From the NCBI GenBank assembly GCA_946965045.2, contig OX337228.1, forward strand, positions 6,510,001 to 6,574,000: a stretch of 64,000 bases of DNA. The letters run 5' to 3'. Within the stretch, counting starts at the first letter, position 1. Every line of letters begins with the position of its first letter. The DNA is from Epithemia pelagica. Its lineage: Eukaryota; Protista; Bacillariophyta. A program made the position numbers and the translations under genes. The notes beneath the pieces are model-generated. The model was given only the letters and a program-made list of their open reading frames with translations. It searched no databases and was not told the origin of the DNA. Below are positions 1 through 10,553 of the stretch, piece after piece.

Positions 1-1232
1 ACATTCGTGGGAGATGGAGCAGATGTAGTCGGCGATGTGGGAATATTTGAAGGGGCAAACGAAGGAATATCACTCGGAGAGGCTGACGGAAACGCTGTTG
101 GCAAGGGAGTTGTCGGGAGAACTCCGGTTGGTGACGATGTCGGTATGTCAGTTGGTGAAGGTGTTGGGCTATCTGTCGTTGGTACGGACGGAGAGGGAGC
201 ATTGGTCTCCGTTGTTGGACTTGTCGTGGGGTCAAAGGATGGCTCTTCCGTCGGTGTAGATGAAGGGCTTTCTGAAGGTGCATCACTTGGACTAGCAGAA
301 GGCGATACCGAAGGTGTAGCAGACGGAACATCAGATGGTTCAGCTGAAGGTGTCTGTGATGGACTCGATGACGGTGAATCACTGGGACTAACAGAAGGAC
401 TAGTAGAAGGAGCATCACTTGGACTTGTAGAAGGAGCATCACTGGGACTTGCAGAAGGTGCATCACTTGGACTGGCAGATGGAGACACCGAAGGTGTTGC
501 TGACGGGGAATCCGAAGGGGCATCGGAGGGCCGAGCTGAGGGTGTTTCTGACGGAGTTGTTGACGGCGCTTCACTGGGACTGACCGAAGGCGTCTCCGAA
601 GGTGATGATGAAGGTGACTCCGAAGGTGAGGCTGAAGGCGAAGCAGACGGAGCATCGGACGGCTCGGCTGAGGGTGTCTGCGATGGACTCGACGACGGAG
701 CATCACTGGGGCTAATAGAAGGCGATACCGAAGGTCTACTGGACGGGGAATCCGAAGGAACACTCGACGGTGCAGGTGTTGGTGCTGCTGTCGGTGACCC
801 TGGGGCACTGGATGGTGCCGCCGTGGGAGGGATACTGAACGTTTCTTGGCCAAGTTTGGCGTTCGCCAGAATTTGATCCCAAAATAAAGCAGAATCGAAT
901 CGTTCCACGTTTTCATTAGGCGAAGAAGACTCCTGTTCGTTTGTTCTCATATAGTAATCAACGTTTTGTGTTCGATCAACTAGTTTTCGCTTTTCATGAT
1001 AGGTTGGAAGGAGTTTGATTCCTCTCTCTTCCATGATCTTCTCAGCTTCCTTTTGAAGCCGTCTTCTATGGTTTCCCCGACGATCATGATATGTTCGTAA
1101 CTCTTCATTTCTGTACCATATTCTCTTCTCCTCTTCGCTCTTCGCTTCGTAGTATTCTAGATTGCGATTGTACGCTGTAACCTTAGTATCTAGAAAGAGA
1201 AGGATTGATACTAACAGCACGAATGATCTCAT
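1..1232 (-). CDS. Secreted mucin-like Pro/Ser/Thr-rich protein (PSxx tetrapeptide repeats); 3' end runs off the window edge
   Basis: Manual minus-strand translation, absent from the ORF track because it has no stop. ATG at 1232 (in-frame alternative at 1247) gives MRSFVLLVSILLFLDTKVTA (signal peptide), then ...NHRRRLQKEAE...KRKLV..., then long PSDA/PSES/PSVS/PSAS repeats open to base 1. The listed + ORF 7..876 is its antisense shadow. Confidence 0.85.
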   Translation of the reverse strand, partial: MRSFVLLVSILLFLDTKVTAYNRNLEYYEAKSEEEKRIWYRNEELRTYHDRRGNHRRRLQKEAEKIMEERGIKLLPTYHEKRKLVDRTQNVDYYMRTNEQESSSPNENVERFDSALFWDQILANAKLGQETFSIPPTAAPSSAPGSPTAAPTPAPSSVPSDSPSSRPSVSPSISPSDAPSSSPSQTPSAEPSDAPSASPSASPSESPSSSPSETPSVSPSEAPSTTPSETPSARPSDAPSDSPSATPSVSPSASPSDAPSASPSDAPSTSPSDAPSTSPSVSPSDSPSSSPSQTPSAEPSDVPSATPSVSPSASPSDAPSESPSSTPTEEPSFDPTTSPTTETNAPSPSVPTTDSPTPSPTDIPTSSPTGVLPTTPLPTAFPSASPSDIPSFAPSNIPTSPTTSAPSPTN

Positions 1233-1269
1233 TGCGGCTAATGGCATCACGCCGCAATATATGTCCCGT

Positions 1270-1300
1270 CTCTGATCTCCTCTGATCTCCTCTGATCTCT
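1270..1300. repeat. 10-bp tandem repeat (TCTGATCTCC) x3 upstream of the PSxx gene
   Basis: tctgatctcc tctgatctcc tctgatctct seen directly. Confidence 0.85.
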
Positions 1301-1976
1301 TGTTTCGAGAGGAAGAATGTGACTCTCATTCAACTGAATGCTGTCCCGTGTTCTTACTTGCGTACTTGGAACGATAAAAATGTGTGAGCGCATTCAACTG
1401 TCGCTCACGCCTCGCGTATCCTCGCTGAATTTATCTTGTTAAGTGCTATTAATATCTCATACCAATAGTAGCATGCGTTGAGAATGCCTATGCTGACAGT
1501 CCGGTTGCCATGCTCGGAGTATGATTGGATTCAACAGCTCTTCATCGCCAATCGTCAAAAGATCATCCTTCTAGGTAAATAAAGACTGCACGTGCGACGC
1601 ACCGGCATAGCCATGTCTATATATAACAGTAGAATCGATGGTCTACTTCCGACACAATTGATTCGCCCACGGACCTGCCAACTTGGATACTCTGGTACCC
1701 GGCCGGCGCTCAATCCGCTTTGCATTCTTGCAGCCGCATTGACTCTATCCTTGTGCTGTATTATGTGCATGGATTCAGAACAAAATTGGTAGACAACAAC
1801 GCAACGAAGAGTAGAGAGCATACCTCGACGAGATTGCCATACCTGAAGAGAGAGCAACCTAATTCGACGAAAGACAAACAACTATCTGTCTCTCGTCCGA
1901 ACCGATTGAAACAGACAATCACTAAACACTTTTCAATTCGCAATTGTTGTGATCAACGAAATTGAATGGATCTACC

Positions 1977-3229
1977 ATGTCGCTGAAAATGGAATCGGTT
2001 CTGCTGCTTCTGTCTACGGCACCACTACTGGTGACTTCTTCTTGGAGTGGTTGGGGAGGAAATGGTGTCAACAATGCAATCTATGGGAATGATCTTGATC
2101 GAGACTGGATGTACAGCGCACAAGGCATTAGTATCAGTGTGAAAGGATGTCTGTGGTCCTTCATGATGGACCACGACGACGAGAACGCCAACTGTATGGA
2201 GGAAAGTAGTGAAGATGGAACAACGTATTGGTACTTTATGTCCAACTGCCGGAGGCCACAAGTCGTATTTTCTGTCTACGCCTCCGACAGCTCATCGAGT
2301 CCGGGTTGCAATTCTGGAAACTTTAAGGAAAGCGTAAGTCCACGCCAGAGGTGCACTTGCTACCCGTTCTTGCATTCACTCACGCTCTTTTCTCCTAGTT
2401 TGTGACAAAAACAAGTGTGTTGGACTTTGTCGATTATATGGAAGCAGCGGGTGTATACAGCTTCCAGAGTCTTTATGACGACTATGCTCATGAATACCCG
2501 ATGTGTGGAGGAAATGGCAACGGTGATAACTATGGTCTTTCTTGCAAAAGCGATGGAAGTTTTATTCTTGAAACCTTCAACGATTACTATTGCCTAGAAC
2601 GTACAGGCGACCAATACGACCAACTCAGAACATTCAACAGCGATATGAATAGTCTCTCTTGCATCAACATTTACAGCGCGGCCAATAACAACTACAATGG
2701 CAATGATGACGCCAACGCCGCCGATACCAGTGATCTCCTGCAGTATGTCATGGATGTGTCGGTCTCATGTTCTGCCACGGATTCTGCTCTTTGTTCGGAT
2801 AGTGACGCGGCCTCGGACCGCGCGAGTTATGTTGGTAGAGCGTCTTCCGCTTTTTTTAATCCCAGCTCTGGCAGTGGACAGTCCTGGTTTACCAAGCTCA
2901 AGTATGTGACGGGAGGATTGCTCTTGCTTGCTTCCTTTGTCATGTTTACAGGTATTTTGTTCACCAACCGCCGAAGACGCCGTGCGCTTATGCAACGAAA
3001 GTACCGACAAGCCAAGCGCAGTGGCCGAACGTCCTCCGACAATCGGAGTCGCCGATCCAGCCGTTCCGTGTCGAAGCACCGTGGCGACTCCTCCCGCAAG
3101 TCTTCTTCTCGCACGCGACGATCCAAATCACGGGATATCCACAGGGACAGAGATTCGCCCAAGCGCTCGAGCCAATCTCGTAACAACTCGGAATCGAATA
3201 TGGCGGAATCGGAAGGTATTATGACTTAG
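1977..3229 (+). CDS. Cys-rich type I membrane protein with RS-rich cytoplasmic tail (tentatively silicanin/Sin1-like)
   Basis: Two exons joined by GT-AG intron 2334-2398, fusing ORFs 1962..2405 and 2402..3229 in frame. Hydrophobic N-terminal signal, 10 luminal Cys, Asn-rich patches, one TM segment (YVTGGLLLLASFVMFTGILF), then RRRRR and an R/S-rich tail. The CDS is well supported; the family call is tentative. Confidence 0.75.
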
Positions 3230-4672
3230 TGTGAGCAGCAAGCAAGCAGTGCGGTTGAGATTGTGGATGGCCGTGTCAACGAAATCGACAGGATTCATCT
3301 CCGATGTGTACTTCATCAAGCGGCACTGGGCTCTCTTCTCTTGCGATGATACATTTTATAAACTCCGCAACGTGTCGTGATTGTAACAGTTATATATATA
3401 ATTGCAACAAAAAGTGTTTGATCGTTCCCGAATGAGATTTTGAAAGTGGAAGCACTGTAGAAACGATCCAATTGATGAAAATACCTGCATCAGTAGAATT
3501 TATGTCTTTCAAATGGGGATGAACCATCTATTAGTATTTTATTGAGTCTCGGAGTGCTTCTCTATGAACTACGAACTAGAACAGCGCAATGAGCTGTACT
3601 TCAGATCGGAGATAGGGGTTTCTTGCACCCAGGCGATGTCTCATATCCATTTGGGAGTCTACGAATAAACGGGCTTGGTTCCGTGCCGAAAGAATCCTAG
3701 ACCACTAATCGCTTCTGTGGTCAAAGAAAAAAACAGTATGTCTGTAAGACCTTTCCAGGTTTCGCGTTCACATTGTCCGTGTACAGTCGGTGAGTCAAGG
3801 AGGGATCCGAATATCACTTTCTTATCAACAGAAAGGCAACAAAGATCACGTTTTCAGACAGCTCCAATAGTTTGAAAGTTTGCTTCTTGTTCATGTTCCT
3901 CCTTTGTATACATTGTGCGGCAATGTGACAATATAGGGACCATAGCATGCACTGCGGTCACCTAGACTACTCAATCTACATCTAGGTAGTTCGCTTCGCT
4001 TTTTATACGATTGTCATCAATCTACAATGGCAAGCTTCAAGCGAATAAGTTCTTGTCAACAGATCTACGAATGCCCCTACATTACGTCTTCCCAACCTAT
4101 CGTAGAAATCACAGGCAACAATATTCGACGAACCACCTGTACCCAATATCTCCTGATCGTAAACGGCCAACGTCAAATGATAGGCCAAAAGGTACGACGG
4201 TTCGAGGAACAATGCGTCCACAAGAATGTGATCAAGCAAGTATTTGGCCTTGCTCCCTGTAGGGACAATCCGTCATGATGAGCCGACGTCAAAGTTCTGT
4301 ACGATCTCAACGACAAGACAGAAAAACAACCGATGGAAGAAGTGTTTCACGAATCATAGGACATGGGCACTCTATGTGGGATGGACGAACCCATGGTCAA
4401 GGATCAGCTTCGTGAGTGAATCGGCAAACAACGGCAACAGAGGATTTCACCATGGCCATGTTGGCGATATCTAGCCTTTTGCTATCTAGCCTACCACTTA
4501 CATGTATACACCTCATCATACAAACTCTAATTATTATTGACATTAAGATGAAGTTTAATGTGTACGAAGCGCTGGAAATTCGGATGAATTTCACCGCCGT
4601 CTCGCTCCATTTTCTCTATTCCTTTGTTCTTGTTTCTTGTTGCCAAAAGACAAGCCGTATCGTGTGGACCCC

Positions 4673-6098
4673 ATGTCACGAACAAAGCAACGAGTTTCAT
4701 ACTTTTATCATCCAGATTGTGTAAGTGCATTAGCCGTGGCTGTTCGTCGCCGGAAACGTTGTCGAACGAAATGACTCACATATGATTGGATCCATCCTCC
4801 AGCCCCTCTTTTACTATGGACCATCTCATCCCATGAAACCACATCGCATAAAATTGGCGCACCACTTGATCTTGAGCTATGGACTCTTTAAGGAAATGGA
4901 CTGTTATCGTCCACATCCTGCGTCTGCTGGGGAAATGACGCAGTTTCATTCGGAAGAATATATTGGGTTTCTGTCCAAAATTGGACCCGACAATTTGCGT
5001 CAATATGCCGCGAGTATGCAGCGATTCAATGCCGGTGATACCACCGACTGTCCAGTCTTTGATGGTCTCTTTCAGTTTACGCAACTCTACACAGGCGCGT
5101 CCCTGGATGGTGCCATACAACTGTGTCAAGGACAGGCCGATATTTGTATCAATTGGAGCGGTGGACTCCATCATGCAAAAAAGTCAGAGGCCAGTGGTTT
5201 CTGTTATATCAACGACATTGTCCTTGCCATCTTGGAACTACTGAAAGTACATGCAAGGGTCTTATACATTGATATCGACATTCATCACGGTGATGGTAAG
5301 CTCCTTAAAAATGGCAGTCATGGATTGTTGAGTAGTCGATGAACCAACGTGTACTTATTTGGAACTCTTGTTTTCGCAGGTGTCGAAGAGGCCTTTTATA
5401 CAACCGATCGAGTAATGACCTTTTCCTTGCACAAATATGGGGATTTCTTTCCGGGGACGGGTCATATCAGTGACATTGGGGCCAAAGATGGAACAGGGTT
5501 TTCCGTCAATGCTCCCTTGCAAAATGGAATCACGGATGAAAACTATGTGGAAGACTTGTTCAAGCCCATTGTGGGCAAGATCATGGAGGTATTTCAACCG
5601 GGTGCGATTGTCCTCCAATGCGGTGCGGATAGTTTGACGGGAGACCGACTGGGTTGTTTCAATTTGACGCTCAAGGGACATGCTGCCTGTGTCAATTATG
5701 TCAAGAGCTTTGGAGTTCCCACGCTCGTGTTGGGAGGAGGGGGCTACACCATTCGAAACGTGGCACGATGTTGGGCCTACGAAACGGCCGTCTTGTTGGA
5801 TCGGGAAGTGCCGAATGATATTCCCTACAATGACTATTACGAGTATTACGCTCCCGAATACAAATTGCACTTGACGCCGGAACCCACCATGGAAAACACG
5901 AATCGCAAAGATGTATTGGAGGGTGTCCGAATCGAGTTGCTTCAACAATTACAAGATTTGCAGGGAGCTCCCAGTGTTGCAATGCATCAGGTACCGCCAC
6001 CCTTTCGTCGGCAAGCGCCTGAAGATGAGGAAGGTCCCACTGACCAACAACGGGAAACCCGATCGCACTCGGCCGAGTTTTATGACAAGGTCGATTAA
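4673..6098 (+). CDS. Class I histone deacetylase (RPD3/HDAC1-3 family)
   Basis: Exon 1 is [16 protein letters not shown] (4673-4720); introns 4721-4802 and 5296-5379. Motifs [52 protein letters not shown] and GGGGY. Confidence 0.97.
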
Positions 6099-6700
6099 TA
6101 TAAAGATATGGCGAAACCTGTCTCTATCTTTAGGATCCTGCTCTCTTTTCGATGACTTTGCGTTATCCACTATGATTCTTTTCGGATTTGATGGACAAGA
6201 CAACCATTCGGCTCTCTAGAATACGAGACAATGATGTCCCAATTGGAATCGCTCGTGGGTTACAATCCAGAACCATGAAAGGAAGGAATCTGTCAATCAA
6301 GAAGGAGAAGAAGACAATGAGCCACCGGACGATTTGAGAGCGCTATTAGCGATTCGCGACGGCAACACCCTCCCTTTTCGTTTGTCCCTCTCGAGTAGTA
6401 GTAGTAGTAGTAGGTAGGAGTGTTAAAGTACAGTACACACGAGACACTATACACGTGAGGAGCCTCCTAGGGCGGCCGCGAATAGGATTGTAGACACTGT
6501 AGATCCACGTAGGTGGAGGACCGTAGAGAACCATGGAATGGTGGTGGTGGCCTGCACCTGTGCGTCTCGAGTGCCGAGCGAGAATCCCCATCCAATCTTT
6601 TCCTTGTTGTTGTTGTTCTTCTTCTCATGTAGTGTGGAACCATCAGGGAAGCAGGGACTCTTTCTCTCTGGAATCATGGTGTGCTGTTGCGGGACGGTGA

Positions 6701-7900
6701 TCATGGTGATAATGGCGGTGGTGGCGGTTGTTGCTGCGCTGGTTGGTACACGGCCGTTTGATAAATGTCGTGCCATTCGGCCCGGGATTTGGCCGACAAG
6801 ATGCGAGCATTGTCGTGCGCAATTTGTTCCGTGACTTGTGGCAATCCAGTTTGATAAATCACCTCGGACGACACGAGGGTAATGGTTGGATAGGGTGCCT
6901 GTTTTTCCAACTCCAACACTACAGATTCTTCTTTGTCATGATCATTGGAAGAATACCGCCCATGGGGATGAAAGGGAGCCCAGGTCACGAGATTGGACAA
7001 GGCTTCCCTCTCGTCCTCATCCTCTTGGTGGTGGTGGTGGTGGTTGTCGTCCTGGAACGATTGTTGTTGTTGTGATTGGTCCGCGGGGGACGATTCATCC
7101 CAAACGACAGTGGCCTGGTCGTCCAACATGGCTTGTTCGGCCTCCAAATACCAGTCGTAAAAGGTGTCAAAGTCCCACCACCAGGAATCGCCCGGATGCA
7201 ACGACAATAGGGACGACGACGTGGGAATGACAAAGGCAATGGTTTTGTGGGCATCCATGGTTGGGGTATTCCGCAAATGATGGGCCAAGACCTGAGATGC
7301 CATGGAAAGGGCCGATTCCAACGCTTGTTCTTGTTGTGGTTGGTTGTCGTTGTCCTCAAGATGCACGACAAAGAGCAACATGCAGCCTCCCATGGACGAT
7401 GAAACGCACGAGGCGGCCCAGGGACACAAGTGATGAGCCGCGACAAAGTGACGACACCAATTCCACGTGTGGGTGGCAATCGTGTCGTCCTTCCTGGCAC
7501 TGGAGGGTGGTGGTTCTTGTTCCTTGTCGTCGTTGTTGTTGTCGTCCTTGTAGTGTGTCGTCCTTGTCGTCACGCTTTCCAGAGAAATGGCAGCCAGATC
7601 GTGCCATGTCGTTGTTGTTGTCGTGGTTGCAGTCGTGGGATGAAGGTGATAGACATGAGTAAAGCCGGCCCCTGTAGTGTCGGCGACCGGAGTTTGTTCC
7701 ATGTTCTTGTCATGGTGGTCGTCCGGCTGACCCACGAGAGGGAGGAGTAAGAGTCTTGTTTTTCTGTTGTTGTTGTTGGTCGTTGGAATGGTCCTTGGTA
7801 TGTGGTTCCATGGTCGTTGTTGTCGTCTGGGTGATTGTTGTGGAACAAACAATGCCACGCCAGAAACAATGTTAAGAACAAGAAGAAGAAGAATCACCAT
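6701..7900 (-). CDS. DUF1415-like protein with N-terminal signal/bipartite presequence
   Basis: 416-aa ORF, likely start at ATG 7900 (MVILLLLVLNIVSGVALFVP). Motifs WCRHFV..HHLCPWA, APFHP, QAPYPTITL and EQIAHDNARIL resemble DUF1415 as recalled. Confidence 0.7.
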   Translation of the reverse strand: MVILLLLVLNIVSGVALFVPQQSPRRQQRPWNHIPRTIPTTNNNNRKTRLLLLPLVGQPDDHHDKNMEQTPVADTTGAGFTHVYHLHPTTATTTTTTTWHDLAAISLESVTTRTTHYKDDNNNDDKEQEPPPSSARKDDTIATHTWNWCRHFVAAHHLCPWAASCVSSSMGGCMLLFVVHLEDNDNQPQQEQALESALSMASQVLAHHLRNTPTMDAHKTIAFVIPTSSSLLSLHPGDSWWWDFDTFYDWYLEAEQAMLDDQATVVWDESSPADQSQQQQSFQDDNHHHHHQEDEDEREALSNLVTWAPFHPHGRYSSNDHDKEESVVLELEKQAPYPTITLVSSEVIYQTGLPQVTEQIAHDNARILSAKSRAEWHDIYQTAVYQPAQQQPPPPPLSP

Positions 7901-8267
7901 CCTCAAGAGTCTATTATTAGTATACACAAAGGACTTGATGATGAGGATCATGGAGATTGGTTGGTTCGGCTGCCCGGAGAGAGAATGGATGGCAATGGCG
8001 GAGGATCCAAAAGATCCAACAAAAACTCTTTCGATGGGAGACCAAAACCCAAAATGTGGCGCAGGATATGCACCTCGGCCGCCGCTCCTGTTTTAAAATT
8101 TAAAAGTTGGAAGTTGGAAGAGAAAAGCCGTTGAGCTCAGAACCCAATGGTCCCCGAAGGCAAACAAACACACAACAAAGGCAAACCAAACACAACCCAA
8201 AGAGACAAAGCGAACAAAACAAACCATACTACTACTTCCGAAGGAAGTTGGTTCGTGTCACCACTCT

Positions 8268-8269
<2 letters not shown>

Positions 8270-8314
<45 letters not shown>
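8270..8314. repeat. (CAAT)n microsatellite, about 11 units, ending about 13 nt before the KH gene ATG
   Basis: caatcaatcaatcaat... seen directly. Confidence 0.95.
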
Positions 8315-8327
8315 CCAAACAACCAAC

Positions 8328-10553
8328 ATGAGTGAAGCGAATGAAAATGGCAAACGAGAACGAGTGGAAGAGGAGGACCAGCCACCTCCTCCTCAACCAC
8401 AAGAACTACAACAACAACAACAACAACAGCCACCACAAGCACAACCGTCCTTGGCCAAACAAATCAAACTCGAACCTTCTCCCGAAGAGGATCAAACCAA
8501 CACAACGACGGAACCAACACCACCACCCATTTCTGTTTCTACTGTTGCTATAAAACAAGAACCCACCGACGACACGAACACGAACGAGGAGGAGACCGCA
8601 TCGATACCTCCTCCCGAAACAACAACGGCAGCCCTACCCTCCGCCACAACAGCGACGACGGCCTCGGAACCAACAACAGCCACAACGCCCGCTCCAGCCA
8701 CAACGACGGAACCACCCGCCACCACTCCAGAACCAGTAGCAGCAGCAGCGCCCACAAGTGTGGCAGCCACAACAACGACGGCGGCTGCCACATCCACTGT
8801 AGATCCACCCAGCACAGCTGCGGCTACCGCATCGGCACCAACCAGCACTGCACCGCCAACGACCACAACCACAACCACTGTGGTGCCTCCTCCGACGGAC
8901 CCCAATGCCATGGTGGAAGAACGGGGGGAAATTTCGGTGGAAATTGCCGGCCGGGTCATTGGCAAGGGGGGCGAAATTATTCGCGATTTGCAAGCTCGCA
9001 GTGGCGCCCAAATTGATGTCGACCAATCGACGTTGCCCGGTCGACCCCGCATTATTACCTATCGCGGCACCCGCGCCAAGGTGGACTTTGCCCAACACTT
9101 GGTCCAACTCATTGCGTCGGGTACCGTCACGGATGCCCAATTGCCCCTGGGTCAAGCCACGCGGGAAATTCTCATCATTCCCTCCTCCTCCACGGGCAAG
9201 GTGATTGGTCGCGGCGGCGAAATGGTACGGGAAATGCAAAATCGATCTCATGCCAAGATTGATTTTGATCATTCGGCCAGCAGTAGTGAAGTGGGACCGG
9301 ATCAAAAAAAGGTGGTCGTGACCGGAACCTTACCGGCCGTGACCAAGGCCAAGGAAATGATCTTGTTCTTGGTGGCCAATCCCGCCATGGAAGCCATGCA
9401 CAGTTTGCATTTGCTCGTGGATGACAAGTTGCGGGGTGGTGGAGCGTGGGGATCCGGACCACCCTATCTCAATTTGCCCAATCAAGGGGTCAATATGAGA
9501 CCCGAACTCTTTGGCGATGCTCCGAATAGTGGTGGTGGTGGATATGGTGGAGGAGGAGGAGGTGGTCCCTATGGCGGAGGCGGAGGAGCCTATGGAGGTG
9601 GCGGTGCCTATGGCCAACCTCCACACCATGCACAACAACAACAACCACAACAATCGTATCCACCCCATGGCCCACCGCACGGCGGTGGTCCCTACGGTGG
9701 TGGTGGTGGTCCATCGTTAGGTCGCTTTGGTGGTGGTACGACGAGTGATCTCGTGTACGCCAAGAAACAATTCATGGGCCGGATAATTGGGTCCAAGGGC
9801 ATTACCATTAATGATTTGCAACGACGATCGGGGACCGACATTCAAATCAATCAAGATGTTCCGCCCGGACACGATTGCGAAATTCGCATCAAGGGACCCA
9901 ACGCCGAAGCCGTCGAACTGGCCAAGCAAATGATTCAACAAATTATCGAAATTGGACCCGCGCATCCCTTTGCGGGAGGACAACAACAACAACAACAACA
10001 ACAAGGTGGTGGATATGGAGGAGGATATGGTGGTGGTGGAGGCTATGGAGGTGGAGGTGGATACGGACCACCCTCGCAAGGTTATGGAGGAGGTGGAGGA
10101 TATGGTGGTCCACCTCCACAGCAGCAACAACCATATGAGTATCATCAACAACAACAACAACAGCCAGGACCACAACAACAACCATATGGACAACCCACCT
10201 ATGAACAACAGCAACAACAACAACATGGAGGAGGGTACCAAGACCTTGGATATGGGGGCGGTTTGGCGCAACCACCACAACAACAGCCAATGCAAGGTGG
10301 ATACAGTTCGCACTATGGAACGCCACAACAGCAACCCGTACCCCAAGCTTCGTATCCCACTGGCATGGCGGCGGCCGCCCCCTATGGTGGACCGGCCGCC
10401 GCTCCCTACAGTAGCTATGCCGCAGCAGCACCACCACAAGGAGCAGCCCCTCCGACGGAATGGAAATCCACCACCACACCCGATGGACAAACCTATTATT
10501 GGAACGAACGAACGGGTGCTACGCAATGGGAAAAACCACCCGGTATGCCCTAA
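8328..10553 (+). CDS. KH-domain RNA-binding protein (FUBP/KHSRP-like) with three KH domains and a C-terminal WW domain
   Basis: GxxG loops: GRVIGKGGEIIR, GKVIGRGGEMVR, GRIIGSKGITIN. C-terminal WKSTTTPDGQTYYWNERTGATQWEKP is a WW domain. P/T-rich and G/Y/Q-rich linkers. Confidence 0.92.
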   Translation: MSEANENGKRERVEEEDQPPPPQPQELQQQQQQQPPQAQPSLAKQIKLEPSPEEDQTNTTTEPTPPPISVSTVAIKQEPTDDTNTNEEETASIPPPETTTAALPSATTATTASEPTTATTPAPATTTEPPATTPEPVAAAAPTSVAATTTTAAATSTVDPPSTAAATASAPTSTAPPTTTTTTTVVPPPTDPNAMVEERGEISVEIAGRVIGKGGEIIRDLQARSGAQIDVDQSTLPGRPRIITYRGTRAKVDFAQHLVQLIASGTVTDAQLPLGQATREILIIPSSSTGKVIGRGGEMVREMQNRSHAKIDFDHSASSSEVGPDQKKVVVTGTLPAVTKAKEMILFLVANPAMEAMHSLHLLVDDKLRGGGAWGSGPPYLNLPNQGVNMRPELFGDAPNSGGGGYGGGGGGGPYGGGGGAYGGGGAYGQPPHHAQQQQPQQSYPPHGPPHGGGPYGGGGGPSLGRFGGGTTSDLVYAKKQFMGRIIGSKGITINDLQRRSGTDIQINQDVPPGHDCEIRIKGPNAEAVELAKQMIQQIIEIGPAHPFAGGQQQQQQQQGGGYGGGYGGGGGYGGGGGYGPPSQGYGGGGGYGGPPPQQQQPYEYHQQQQQQPGPQQQPYGQPTYEQQQQQQHGGGYQDLGYGGGLAQPPQQQPMQGGYSSHYGTPQQQPVPQASYPTGMAAAAPYGGPAAAPYSSYAAAAPPQGAAPPTEWKSTTTPDGQTYYWNERTGATQWEKPPGMP

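Noticed and set aside
7-876. 289-aa + strand ORF rich in G/E/D/A/S
   Set aside because: Antisense shadow of the minus-strand PSxx repeat gene, which has a signal peptide and proper start
4027-4278. 83-aa ORF with a good ATG context
   Set aside because: No recognisable motif; overlapping ORFs of similar length in other frames; no independent support
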